Positions 9,716 through 18,441 of a stretch of 64,000 nt of DNA are shown here, in pieces. The stretch's first letter is position 1, and each line of letters starts with the position of its first letter. The notes beneath the pieces were generated by a model, which worked only from the letters and a program-made list of their open reading frames with translations, did not search any database and was not told where the DNA came from. Origin of the DNA: Patescibacteria group bacterium (GTDB lineage: Bacteria > Patescibacteriota > Patescibacteriia > Magasanikbacterales > GWA2-37-8); the NCBI GenBank assembly GCA_041649475.1, contig JBAZNA010000001.1, positions 124,267 to 188,266 of the forward strand, read 5' to 3'. A program made the position numbers and the translations under genes.

Positions 9716-10654
9716 ATGCGTCCATCACGCTTCATCCGTCCGGATCAGGCCACCGGTCTGGTTCTCCAGCCCCGCGACCGGGCAATCCTGGTGTCGGTGT
9801 TCAAACACCGATTCATGTGCAGCGACCATCTCCATCAGGTTCTGTGCCCGAATGTCTGCCTCCGGGTGCTCCAGGTCCGTCTCCGCAAGCTCTGGGAGCA
9901 CCAGATGCTCGACCGGCACTTCATCCCGTTCGTCCTCGACGGCGTGCACAAGCCGCCCAAGAGGGCGAGTCAGCCCATCTACAGCCTGGCGCCGGCCGGC
10001 GCCGCGGCTCTTGATGAGGAGTCGAGGAAGGAGAGCGAGCAGCTCGCGAAGCTGCGGCCAGCCGGGAGCGCGCCCGCGCTCCTCGAGCACAATCTGGTCG
10101 CCACCGACTTCCTGGTCAGCGTCCAGGCCGCGTGCCGCGGCCGCGCTGACGTTCAGGTCGAGTGCATCGAGGCCGAGACGTCGCTCTGGCGCAAGGTCTG
10201 GAACTGGCGACAGCGAACCGGCAGGGACACCGGCTTCATCATCCCTGACGCCGCAGTCGTTCTCCGACTTCCAGCCACTGGCGAGCGCCTGGCGTTCTAT
10301 CTCGAGGTCATCCGATCCGACATCAAGGGCGGCAACCGACGGCTGCTCGTCAAGCTCAAGCGCTACACCGAGCTGCTCAGGCAGGGGTTCTTTCGCCAGG
10401 CCTTCGGCCACGAGCGAGTTCGCGCGGTGCTGGTTGCGACCAGCACGGAGACCAGGGCCCAGAACCTCAACGCCCTGGCTCAAGAACTCGCTCACGGCCG
10501 CAGGTTGTTCTGGTTCGGGGCCTACGAGCACAAGGACAGCGACGGCCGCGGAGCCACCAACTTCACGGCCGGCACGACCCTCTCGCCGATGTGGAGAACG
10601 ATCGAGGGCGAACTAGTGTCGCTTGAGCAGGGCCGCGACAAACCGCCAGCGTGA
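9716..10654 (+). CDS. Replication-relaxation (Replic_Relax) family relaxase
   Basis: 'LQPRDRAIL...HRFM', 'RLRKL', 'LEHNLVATD', 'IPDA', 'FYLEV', 'KLKRY'. Confidence 0.85.
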   Translation: MRPSRFIRPDQATGLVLQPRDRAILVSVFKHRFMCSDHLHQVLCPNVCLRVLQVRLRKLWEHQMLDRHFIPFVLDGVHKPPKRASQPIYSLAPAGAAALDEESRKESEQLAKLRPAGSAPALLEHNLVATDFLVSVQAACRGRADVQVECIEAETSLWRKVWNWRQRTGRDTGFIIPDAAVVLRLPATGERLAFYLEVIRSDIKGGNRRLLVKLKRYTELLRQGFFRQAFGHERVRAVLVATSTETRAQNLNALAQELAHGRRLFWFGAYEHKDSDGRGATNFTAGTTLSPMWRTIEGELVSLEQGRDKPPA

Positions 10655-10667
10655 GCCGGTAATCCAC

Positions 10668-11654
10668 TCACGCAGCCGGTGCCGTCTCCGCCACGTTGAT
10701 CTTGATCGTCGCGTCGCAGTCATCCGGCCGAGTGGCTGCGATGGGGTCATTCTGCTGAGTGTCGAACCGTATGGCCGGACGGAATCGCAACTTGGCCCCG
10801 GTCGCCGCTGGGCCGTGGAAGGAGACAACCAGCACGCCGTGCAGCGCGGGCCCGTACTCATCCAGCACCGTCTTGGTGATGTTCCACTCCACGGCCAGGG
10901 AGCCCGATTCGGCATCCAAGAAGCGGTAGATCCACCAGTTGCCGGGTGATGGGATGAGACTGTTGATTACCGGCACGCCAAGCGCGACCGCGCCCTTGAT
11001 GATCGACTCAGTTCGCGACGAGCCAAGGCCTTTGGAGCCCTCCTTCAGGGCTGCCAGCATGCAGTCCCAGACGGACGCCGAATTGCGGGAAGGGTGTAGG
11101 GCGATCAGGCCTGCCGCAACTTCAGTAAAGACCGTGCGAGAAGGTTCTGTGCCATTCTTGTCGGAGGGGAAGTCGAAGATGAGCTGGGCCTTGATAGCAG
11201 GACTCTTCGCCAAGGTCTTCATCCAGTCGAAGGACGACCCATGGGGTGACGCGAGGGCGAGATTCCAGTCGTACCGATAGACGTCCGGTGACTCGCCGTG
11301 TCGACCCGCACTGGAGCTATCCTTGCTGGATGGCGGTTCCTTCGCTTCGGGCGCAGGCTCAATGGGGGCAAGGGCCGAGGCACAAGGGTTGCCCTCACCT
11401 GCGACGCCGTACTGGATCACGATGGCTTCGTCGACACCCTTGGGGGCAGCTTGGCGTGGTGCCCAATCGTGAGCCTCGGCGCTTGGACGCTGGTCCTCGG
11501 GCCGTCGGATAACCCACAGCTTGCGCTTCTGCTCAACCAGCAGGCTCATCCCCAGCCTCCTTGTCCAATCCTGACGAACCCCGACCCGTGACGTGGCAGC
11601 CGGACGGTACGCAGAGTGGCCAGCTATGTCAACGACGAGGAGGATCTCACTCAC
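10668..11654 (-). CDS. Hypothetical protein between relaxase and coupling protein, opposite strand
   Basis: Long ORF with a globular-looking C-terminal part ('NWWIYRFLD...VEWNI'); start could be 11549. Confidence 0.55.
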   Translation of the reverse strand: MSEILLVVDIAGHSAYRPAATSRVGVRQDWTRRLGMSLLVEQKRKLWVIRRPEDQRPSAEAHDWAPRQAAPKGVDEAIVIQYGVAGEGNPCASALAPIEPAPEAKEPPSSKDSSSAGRHGESPDVYRYDWNLALASPHGSSFDWMKTLAKSPAIKAQLIFDFPSDKNGTEPSRTVFTEVAAGLIALHPSRNSASVWDCMLAALKEGSKGLGSSRTESIIKGAVALGVPVINSLIPSPGNWWIYRFLDAESGSLAVEWNITKTVLDEYGPALHGVLVVSFHGPAATGAKLRFRPAIRFDTQQNDPIAATRPDDCDATIKINVAETAPAA

Positions 11655-11671
11655 TATCCCTTCATCCCCCT

Positions 11672-12997
11672 ATGCCACCAGCCTACATCCTCACGCCCCC
11701 GCAGCCGGCCTCGGAGAAGCTACTCATCCTCGGGGAGACGACCTGGAGGGGCAAGCATCTCCGGTTTGGGCTCCTTCCCGATGATCGGCTCCGCCACCTC
11801 TGGCTCCTCGGCAAGACCGGCTCGGGCAAGTCCACGCTCCTCGCCAATCTCGTGGCCCAGGATCTGGCGGCCGGCACCGGCCTCGCTCTCCTCGACCCGC
11901 ACGGCGATCTGGTCGACAGCGTGCTCCCTCTTGTCCCTCGGAGCAGGACCAACCAGGTCCTGTTGTTCGCTCCGGAGGACAGGGAGTTTCCGCTGTCGTT
12001 CAACATCTTCCGTCGGGGAAGACAGCCTCACCCGGACACTGCTCTCCTGGCATCCCAGCTCGTCTCGGTCTTTCGCAAGTACTGGGCCGACTCCTGGGGC
12101 CCGCGGCTCGAGCACATTCTGCGCAACGCGATCCTCGCGGTCGCGCCTGATCCGAGGGCCACGCTTCTGTTCCTCTACCGGTTCCTGACCGATGAGGGGC
12201 TGCGGGAGAAGGTCACCTCGTCGATCTGTGATCCGGTTGTCTCTCAGTTCTGGACCAAGGAGTACCCGGGCTACACCAAGGCCCTGCAGAGCGAAGCCGT
12301 GGCGCCGGCCCTCAACAAGCTCGGCGCCTTCGTAGCCCACCCGGTGGTGCGCAACATTGTCAGCCAGGAGCGTTCGCGTCTGGACCTCGTCGAACTCATG
12401 AGCGATCGGGGCATCCTGCTCGCCAACCTGGCCACCGGACGGATAGGGGAAGATGCCAGTCACTTGCTCGGCGGACTGCTTCTGTCAGCCGTTCAGCTCG
12501 CGGCGATGGAGAAGCCACGAGGAGGACCGCCGTTCATGGTCTATGTCGACGAGTTCCAGCACTTCGTCACCGACTCGTTGGCCACCATGCTGTCCGAGTC
12601 CAGAAAATTCGGCTTGGGCCTGACGCTGGCACACCAGTATCTGGCCCAACTGACTCCTGCCATCCGCGACGCGGTTCTCGGGAACATCGGCACCTCGATC
12701 ATTTTTCGCCTCGGCGGGCACGATGCACTGATGCTTGAGCCAGAGTTCGCGCCGGCCTTCACGGCTCGCGACCTGCAGGCCCTCGAGCGCTACCATGTGG
12801 CCGTGAAGATGCTCGCGCGCGGCGAGAGTCTGAAGCCGTTCTCTGCCTGCACCTTGCCGGCGATCGTTCGACCGGCAGATGCCGACGACACGAACATCAG
12901 GATCAGGGAGCAGTCGCGTGCGCGGTTTTGCTCGCCGCGGGAGCAGGTCGAGGCGGCAATCTCTGCCAGCTGCGGCATCGCGGGCGCTGCCGTATAG
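11672..12997 (+). CDS. Type IV coupling protein (VirD4/TraD-like ATPase)
   Basis: Walker A 'GKTGSGKS', 'LDPHGDL', 'WGPRLEHILRN', Walker B 'YVDEFQHF', 'SESRKFGL..LAHQY'. Confidence 0.9.
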   Translation: MPPAYILTPPQPASEKLLILGETTWRGKHLRFGLLPDDRLRHLWLLGKTGSGKSTLLANLVAQDLAAGTGLALLDPHGDLVDSVLPLVPRSRTNQVLLFAPEDREFPLSFNIFRRGRQPHPDTALLASQLVSVFRKYWADSWGPRLEHILRNAILAVAPDPRATLLFLYRFLTDEGLREKVTSSICDPVVSQFWTKEYPGYTKALQSEAVAPALNKLGAFVAHPVVRNIVSQERSRLDLVELMSDRGILLANLATGRIGEDASHLLGGLLLSAVQLAAMEKPRGGPPFMVYVDEFQHFVTDSLATMLSESRKFGLGLTLAHQYLAQLTPAIRDAVLGNIGTSIIFRLGGHDALMLEPEFAPAFTARDLQALERYHVAVKMLARGESLKPFSACTLPAIVRPADADDTNIRIREQSRARFCSPREQVEAAISASCGIAGAAV

Positions 12998-13024
12998 TGC
13001 GGTCACGCCGTTTGGGAGGAAGCC

Positions 13025-13363
13025 ATGGCCAAGGTAGACGCAGACGAAATCTCTGCCGCCATCAGAGAGGTGCTCGCGAACGCGTCCACGGGAAAGGGAA
13101 CCACTCGCGCATACCTCACCGCGTACCAGATCCTCAAGCGCCTCCCACAGGCGCTACAGGACACGTTGCAGGCGGAGTACGGAAGGAGCGGGAAGGGTGG
13201 TGGTTGGCCCTTCGGACCGGCCACCCGCGTTGCACAAGTGGCATCGGGCCTGCACGGGGTCCACCACGTCTCTCTCGACACGCGCGGTCTGCAATTCGAT
13301 GTCGGCCAGACTGACGAGGTGGAGGCCGGCTACAACCTCTGCGCACTCTTCCGCCTCACGTAG
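13025..13363 (+). CDS. Hypothetical protein
   Basis: GGAGG RBS before the ATG; no motif recognised. Confidence 0.65.
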   Translation: MAKVDADEISAAIREVLANASTGKGTTRAYLTAYQILKRLPQALQDTLQAEYGRSGKGGGWPFGPATRVAQVASGLHGVHHVSLDTRGLQFDVGQTDEVEAGYNLCALFRLT

Positions 13364-13668
13364 ACCACGACACCGCTCTTGCTCTCGTAGTCGCATCGCT
13401 TCATCTCGTCGCTCCTCCTGAAGAGCCCTCTTTCGGTGTTCACACACCGACACCGCCCGTCTCTGACGGGCCGTCCCCTCTGACTCGGCCGCTAGCCAAT
13501 GCCGGTCGTGGCGCTTGCCCCGTCTGGTCACGGGCCTGCGCGCATCGGTCGCCTCGGGATCAGCCGAGGACCGGTGCTCAGAGGGGACGGTACCCCATCG
13601 GGGGGTGCTGCCGATCGCTCTTTCACGCACGCACCCCGGCGAGGAAGTCGGGGAAGGGAGGTGTACCC

Positions 13669-14688
13669 ATGGAAGCTCTGCACTGCAGCCGGCCCAGGCA
13701 CTGGCGCGACAACATCGTCGCGGTCAGCCAGCCCATGCGCCGGCTGCTCTCCCTCATCGACAGGATCGCACCTTCGACTCTGCCGGTCCTCATCCTCGGT
13801 GAGACTGGCACCGGCAAGGAAGTGCTCGCCCACGCCGTCCACGAGGCCAGCGGCCGCAGTGGGCCGCTCGTGGCCCTCAACTGCGCGGCGGTTCCTTCCG
13901 GTCTGGCCGAGAGTGAGCTCTTCGGCCACGTGCGCGGCGCTTTCACCGGCGCCTCGAGCGCCGTCCCGGGCTTGTTCGAGCAAGCCGACCACGGCTCGTT
14001 GTTCCTCGACGAGATCGCCGAGCTCGGCCTGCATCTGCAGGCGAAGCTCCTGCGCGCTCTCGAAGAGGGCACCATCCGTCGGCTCGGCGCCACGGCGCTC
14101 GTCACGATTGACGTTCGCATCATCGCGGCCACCAGCCGGAACCTCTCCTACCTCGTTGACCTCGGCCGGTTTCGCGACGACCTCGTGCAACGGCTCGCTG
14201 GCGTCGTGCTCCAGATTCCGCCGCTTGCTCAACGGCCCGCAGACATCGAGCCCCTGGCTCTTCGCTTCCTGCGCCAGGCCGTGGGAGACAGGAGGCCACC
14301 GGAGGTATCGCCCCTGGTCTGGCCCTGGCTCACGAGCCAGCCCTGGCCCGGCAATGTTCGTCAGCTCAAGCTGGCGGTCGAGCGCGCGGTCGCGCTCGGC
14401 GAGAACGTCCTTTCGCCGCAGCACTTCGAGACCGGAGGCTCCAGTTTCCGCCTCTGCGACTCGGGTGTTCCGGAGGCTTGGCTCGAGAACAGGAGCTGGC
14501 TCCGGATTGAGCGGGAGATTCTGGCCTGGGCCGTCCGGCACTACGGCTCTATCCGAGCCGCAGCCCGGGCACTCCAGCTGCCTCGCTCGACCCTCGCCGG
14601 GCGCGCTAGCAAGCTCGAGATCAGGGCGAGCGCTCTCGCACGAGGCGCCGACATCCCGCTCACCGGCCACAACCCCAACCAGGAGTAG
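13669..14688 (+). CDS. Sigma-54 enhancer-binding protein (AAA+ plus Fis HTH, no sensory domain)
   Basis: 'GETGTGKE', 'NCAA', 'ESELFGH..GAFTGA', 'FLDEI', 'WPGNVRQL', C-terminal 'AAARALQLPRSTL'. Confidence 0.92.
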   Translation: MEALHCSRPRHWRDNIVAVSQPMRRLLSLIDRIAPSTLPVLILGETGTGKEVLAHAVHEASGRSGPLVALNCAAVPSGLAESELFGHVRGAFTGASSAVPGLFEQADHGSLFLDEIAELGLHLQAKLLRALEEGTIRRLGATALVTIDVRIIAATSRNLSYLVDLGRFRDDLVQRLAGVVLQIPPLAQRPADIEPLALRFLRQAVGDRRPPEVSPLVWPWLTSQPWPGNVRQLKLAVERAVALGENVLSPQHFETGGSSFRLCDSGVPEAWLENRSWLRIEREILAWAVRHYGSIRAAARALQLPRSTLAGRASKLEIRASALARGADIPLTGHNPNQE

Positions 14689-14692
14689 ACCC

Positions 14693-14908
14693 ATGACACC
14701 ATGTGTGATTGTCGTCCAGTTTCTCGACGGTACCGTCGATGTTGTGGGGCCCTTCCAGAACGACCAGGAGGCCCATGAATGGCGGCGCATGCATCCGACC
14801 ATTCCCCGCGGCCTGTGCAACGTGCAGCCGATTGAGGACCCCGCCAGCTACAGCTGGCCGAGGAAACGTCGGCGTCGTCGCACCGTCCGCCTGATCATCA
14901 CCCCCTGA
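14693..14908 (+). CDS. Small Arg-tailed protein, copy 1
   Basis: AGGAG RBS; 71 aa 'MTPCVIVVQ...VGPFQNDQEA...DPASY...RRRRRTVRL'; paralog of 15064-15279. Confidence 0.7.
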   Translation: MTPCVIVVQFLDGTVDVVGPFQNDQEAHEWRRMHPTIPRGLCNVQPIEDPASYSWPRKRRRRRTVRLIITP

Positions 14909-15063
14909 TGATCGTCTCGCTCTCACGCCCCGCAGCCCAGGCGCTCCAGCTTCCCCCCCCAACCCTCGCTGGCCGCGTCAGCAAGCTCGAGATAAGCATC
15001 CGCTCCCACGCGCACCTCACCGACTCGGAACCCATCAACCGCAACCTCGACCAGGAGTAGACC

Positions 15064-15279
15064 ATGGGACTCTGCGTGATCATCGTCCGCCTCTTCGGCC
15101 TGACCTGCGACATCGTCGGCCCGTTCGACAACGACGAGGAAGCCTACGACTGGGTGCGCAAGCACCCGAGCGTCACCCGCGGCAGCTGGGATCTGGAGCC
15201 CATCCGGGATCCGGCCAGCTACCGCAGGCCGAGGCGCCCTCGGCGCCGCCGCGCCATCCGCCTCGTCATCGCCAGGTGA
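15064..15279 (+). CDS. Small Arg-tailed protein, copy 2
   Basis: AGGAG RBS; 71 aa 'MGLCVIIVR...VGPFDNDEEA...DPASY...RRRRAIRL'. Confidence 0.7.
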   Translation: MGLCVIIVRLFGLTCDIVGPFDNDEEAYDWVRKHPSVTRGSWDLEPIRDPASYRRPRRPRRRRAIRLVIAR

Positions 15280-15342
15280 CGTCGGCGATGTGATGAGCCA
15301 GGTGGTCAAGCCTGGGCTCGTCGGAAAGGAGAACCACGACCT

Positions 15343-16434
15343 ATGAGTGAATGGGTCAACTTCGCGGAGATCCGCGCTCGGGTTTCACTCGAGGACGTGA
15401 TCTTCCGCCTCTACAAGATCGACACCCTGAAGCGTGTCGGCAACAAGCTCACCGGACCCTGTCCGGTCCACGGCGGCGATTCGCCCACGGCGTTTCGCGC
15501 CGACCTGGACAAGAACGTCTGGTACTGCTTCACCAAGTGCCGCAAGGGCGGCAACCAGCTCGACTTCGTCGCGGCCATGGAGAACATCACGGTCCGCGAT
15601 GCGGCCCTCAAGATCCAGGCGTTCTTCCTCGGCAACGGGCCGGACAGGACCAGCACCGAACCGCCACCGAGTGGCACAACGATGCCGCCGGCTCCGCCCT
15701 CGCCCGTACCTGCATCACCGCCCGCCACACCCACCACCAAGCCCACCGACGAACTTCCTTCCCAGGAGAACCCGCCCCTGAGCATGACGTTGGACCTCAA
15801 GTCCGACCACCCGCACTTGATCGAATTTCGCAAGCTCAAGCTCGAAACCACCCAGCTCTTTGGGGTCGGCTACTGCAGCCGCGGCATCATGCGGGGCACG
15901 ATCGCCATCCCGATCCACGACGACGATGGCCATCTGGTGGCCTACGCCGGCAGACGGCTCAAGCCCGTCGACATCAAGGAGTACGGCAAGTACAAGTTCC
16001 CCAAGGGCTTCCGCAAGGACCTCGTCCTCCATAACCTGCATCGGGCGAACGAGCACGGCTCCGACACCGGCATCGTCCTTGTCGAGGGCTTCTTCTCGGT
16101 CCTGAAGCTCCATGAGGCCGGGCTCCCGAACACGGTCGCGGCCATGGGCTGCGACCTGTCCGAGGCCCAGGCTCGGCTCCTCGCTGACGTCAAGGAGGTG
16201 ATCATCATCTTCGACGGCAACGAAACCGGAAGAAACGGAGCCCAGGCAGCCAGGAAGCGGCTCGAGGACCTCAACGTCCCGGTCCGCCTCGTGCACCTGC
16301 CCGAGAACCTGGAGCCCGAGGATCTGCCGCCGAAAGGACTGCGCTGGCTGGTCAACGGCATGACTGGCCTGGACCTGGCCGAGGTGAGCTTCACCCTGCG
16401 CCAGCCGAAGGGAGGTGAGACACCCAAGACCTGA
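15343..16434 (+). CDS. DnaG-like primase (CHC2 zinc finger plus TOPRIM)
   Basis: 'CPVH...WYCFTKC', 'VAYAGR', 'KYKFP', 'LVEGFFS', 'FDGNETG'. Confidence 0.88.
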   Translation: MSEWVNFAEIRARVSLEDVIFRLYKIDTLKRVGNKLTGPCPVHGGDSPTAFRADLDKNVWYCFTKCRKGGNQLDFVAAMENITVRDAALKIQAFFLGNGPDRTSTEPPPSGTTMPPAPPSPVPASPPATPTTKPTDELPSQENPPLSMTLDLKSDHPHLIEFRKLKLETTQLFGVGYCSRGIMRGTIAIPIHDDDGHLVAYAGRRLKPVDIKEYGKYKFPKGFRKDLVLHNLHRANEHGSDTGIVLVEGFFSVLKLHEAGLPNTVAAMGCDLSEAQARLLADVKEVIIIFDGNETGRNGAQAARKRLEDLNVPVRLVHLPENLEPEDLPPKGLRWLVNGMTGLDLAEVSFTLRQPKGGETPKT

Positions 16435-16517
16435 TCGACCACGCATCCATCCGCACCACGTTCCCCGCCCATCCGTCCGGTAACACCAATCCCATCACCG
16501 ATAGGAAGGACAAGCAC

Positions 16518-16715
16518 ATGAGCAAGAGCGAGAGGCTGAACGTGTACGCGCTCGTCGAGCGCGAGGAGAAGAAGACCATCTGGCTGCGCGTCGGCACGGC
16601 CTTCGTCAACAAGGACGACAGCATCAACGTCTACCTCGATGCCGTGCCCCTGGCCGGCAAGCTCCAGATCCGGCGTCCGTCCGACAACAACAAGGACGCG
16701 GACTCCGAGCAGTAG
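16518..16715 (+). CDS. Small beta-rich protein (putative ssDNA-binding)
   Basis: 'WLRVGTAFVNKDDSINVYLDAVP', a motif I recognise from small proteins of mobile elements; RBS present; function inferred. Confidence 0.65.
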   Translation: MSKSERLNVYALVEREEKKTIWLRVGTAFVNKDDSINVYLDAVPLAGKLQIRRPSDNNKDADSEQ

Positions 16716-16723
16716 TCCGGCCG

Positions 16724-17422
16724 ATGGCAGGGAAGACGTCTGGGAACCAGGATGAGCGCACATCCGTGCTGCTCATCGACGCGCTCGCGCGCATCTGGTC
16801 CAAGATCCGCGAGCTGCACCCGAGAGTTCCGGGAGTGGTCCTCCTGGCCGCACCTGCGGCCAGGGAGACCGTCAACGCACTTGGCTACTTCGCCGCCCTG
16901 CGGTGGAGCGCCAAGAAGAAAGGAGGATCGCACCTTCACGAAGTGGCCGTGGTGGCCGAGCACCTGAACCGTCCGGTCGAGGAGATCGTGGAAACCCTGC
17001 TTCACGAAGCAGCGCACGCCATGAACTTCGAGCTGGGCATCAAGGACTGCTCAGCCTCCCAGTACCACAACCAGCGCTTCCGTGATGCGGCCCTGCGCCT
17101 CGGACTCGAGGTCACGCAGGTCAGGCACTACGGCTACGCGCTCACCAAGATGCCGCCGGAGACGGCGGCCATCTACAAGGAGGAGATCGAGTCGCTCACC
17201 CAGGTCCTTGTGCACAGACGGCGGATGACGCCGTTCGGCACAGGACCGACGCCAAAGGGCGGAGAGGAGGGCGACGACAGTAACGACAACGACAACAGGC
17301 CACGCTCACGCAACCTGAAGGCCGTGTGCGCCTGCGGGTTCATCATTCGCGTGAGCAAAGCCACACTCGAGAATACGGTAATTCGCTGCGAGAGCTGCGG
17401 AAAGCCGTTTTACGTCGGCTAG
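16724..17422 (+). CDS. SprT-like zinc metalloprotease-domain protein
   Basis: HExxH 'LLHEAAHA', 'YHNQRF', C-terminal CxC...CxxC. Confidence 0.8.
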   Translation: MAGKTSGNQDERTSVLLIDALARIWSKIRELHPRVPGVVLLAAPAARETVNALGYFAALRWSAKKKGGSHLHEVAVVAEHLNRPVEEIVETLLHEAAHAMNFELGIKDCSASQYHNQRFRDAALRLGLEVTQVRHYGYALTKMPPETAAIYKEEIESLTQVLVHRRRMTPFGTGPTPKGGEEGDDSNDNDNRPRSRNLKAVCACGFIIRVSKATLENTVIRCESCGKPFYVG

Positions 17423-17426
17423 TCTC

Positions 17427-17457
17427 AAGGAGCCAACCACCAGGGAGGCTCCTTTTC
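17427..17457 (+). terminator. Rho-independent terminator
   Basis: AAGGAGCC...GGCTCCTTTT immediately after the stop codon. Confidence 0.65.
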
Positions 17458-17576
17458 AATGCTGCATCAGCATCTCCAGGTCCGCCGAACTTGGCCGTGA
17501 CTTGATTGGAGAGCGGGATTTCTGGTAGAATGCTAATAAGGGACGAATGTCCCTCGTGGGCTTCTAAGAAGGAGGT

Positions 17577-18398
17577 GTGAGAAGTCCAAGAGGGTACGGA
17601 CTTCCTACTGACCAATCATGGTCAGAGCGCAACCCAAACGAGGTACTAATGAAGGAAAGGAGTGCCATAGGAGGCCATTCTCGTTTTTCCAAAGAGTCAG
17701 ACCATGCATCCGCGCAGACCGCAAACATACCCAACCCAGATGTCGCGCGTGTGCCTGACCGTGACGAGCACCGCACGAAGCAGCACCAATATGCCCGGCC
17801 CCCCGTTGCGCGGCCCCTTCCCGACGCGCTCGTGACAACCTCGGAAGCGTTCGTCGGTCTGCTCGTGCGGGTGCGCTGCCTCGCAGGTGGATTCTGCTAC
17901 TCCGGGCCAGTAGTCTGGAGAATAAGCCCAGGCTTCCTTCGCGCGGAGGACATTGCCTCAATGTGGCATGGTGACCAATTCGGATCCTCGGATCTAGCCT
18001 TGGGCGAGCTTCTCCGCCCGGAGCACACGCCCGACTCGCTGGCAATGTTCATTCCACGATGGTTCGTTGACGCCGTCTCCCTGCGACTGACTCAGGAAGC
18101 CGCCGTGGTTGCTGCGAAGATCTCTCATCTTGGACTGCCCGCGGCGCTCCTCCTACGTCGAGCGACTCTATCCATCATGCTGGCCCTCCTTCATTCGTAC
18201 GCCCTGACGTTCGGGGAGCCGCTATCATTGCTTCCCTTTTGGATTCGGACAGGGACCATCCTCCGTGATGGAAGACGGATCCAACTGTCCAGCGGACGAG
18301 ATGGCCCGCTACTCAGGGCCGTCCAGGACGACTCGAGTGACGACACCCACACGATTGCATTTCCTCTCGTGTGTGGCGCGTTCAAGGAGTGGACGTAG
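17577..18398 (+). CDS. Hypothetical protein (start uncertain)
   Basis: Long ORF after a TTGATT-N18-TAGAAT promoter-like site, followed by a terminator-like hairpin. Confidence 0.5.
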   Translation: MRSPRGYGLPTDQSWSERNPNEVLMKERSAIGGHSRFSKESDHASAQTANIPNPDVARVPDRDEHRTKQHQYARPPVARPLPDALVTTSEAFVGLLVRVRCLAGGFCYSGPVVWRISPGFLRAEDIASMWHGDQFGSSDLALGELLRPEHTPDSLAMFIPRWFVDAVSLRLTQEAAVVAAKISHLGLPAALLLRRATLSIMLALLHSYALTFGEPLSLLPFWIRTGTILRDGRRIQLSSGRDGPLLRAVQDDSSDDTHTIAFPLVCGAFKEWT

Positions 18399-18404
18399 GC
18401 TACC

Positions 18405-18433
18405 GAGACCCCGCAATCGTGGGGTCTCCTTTT
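18405..18433. terminator. Terminator hairpin between convergent genes
   Basis: GAGACCCCGC-AATC-GTGGGGTCTC followed by CTTTT. Confidence 0.65.
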
Positions 18434-18441
18434 CTAATTGC

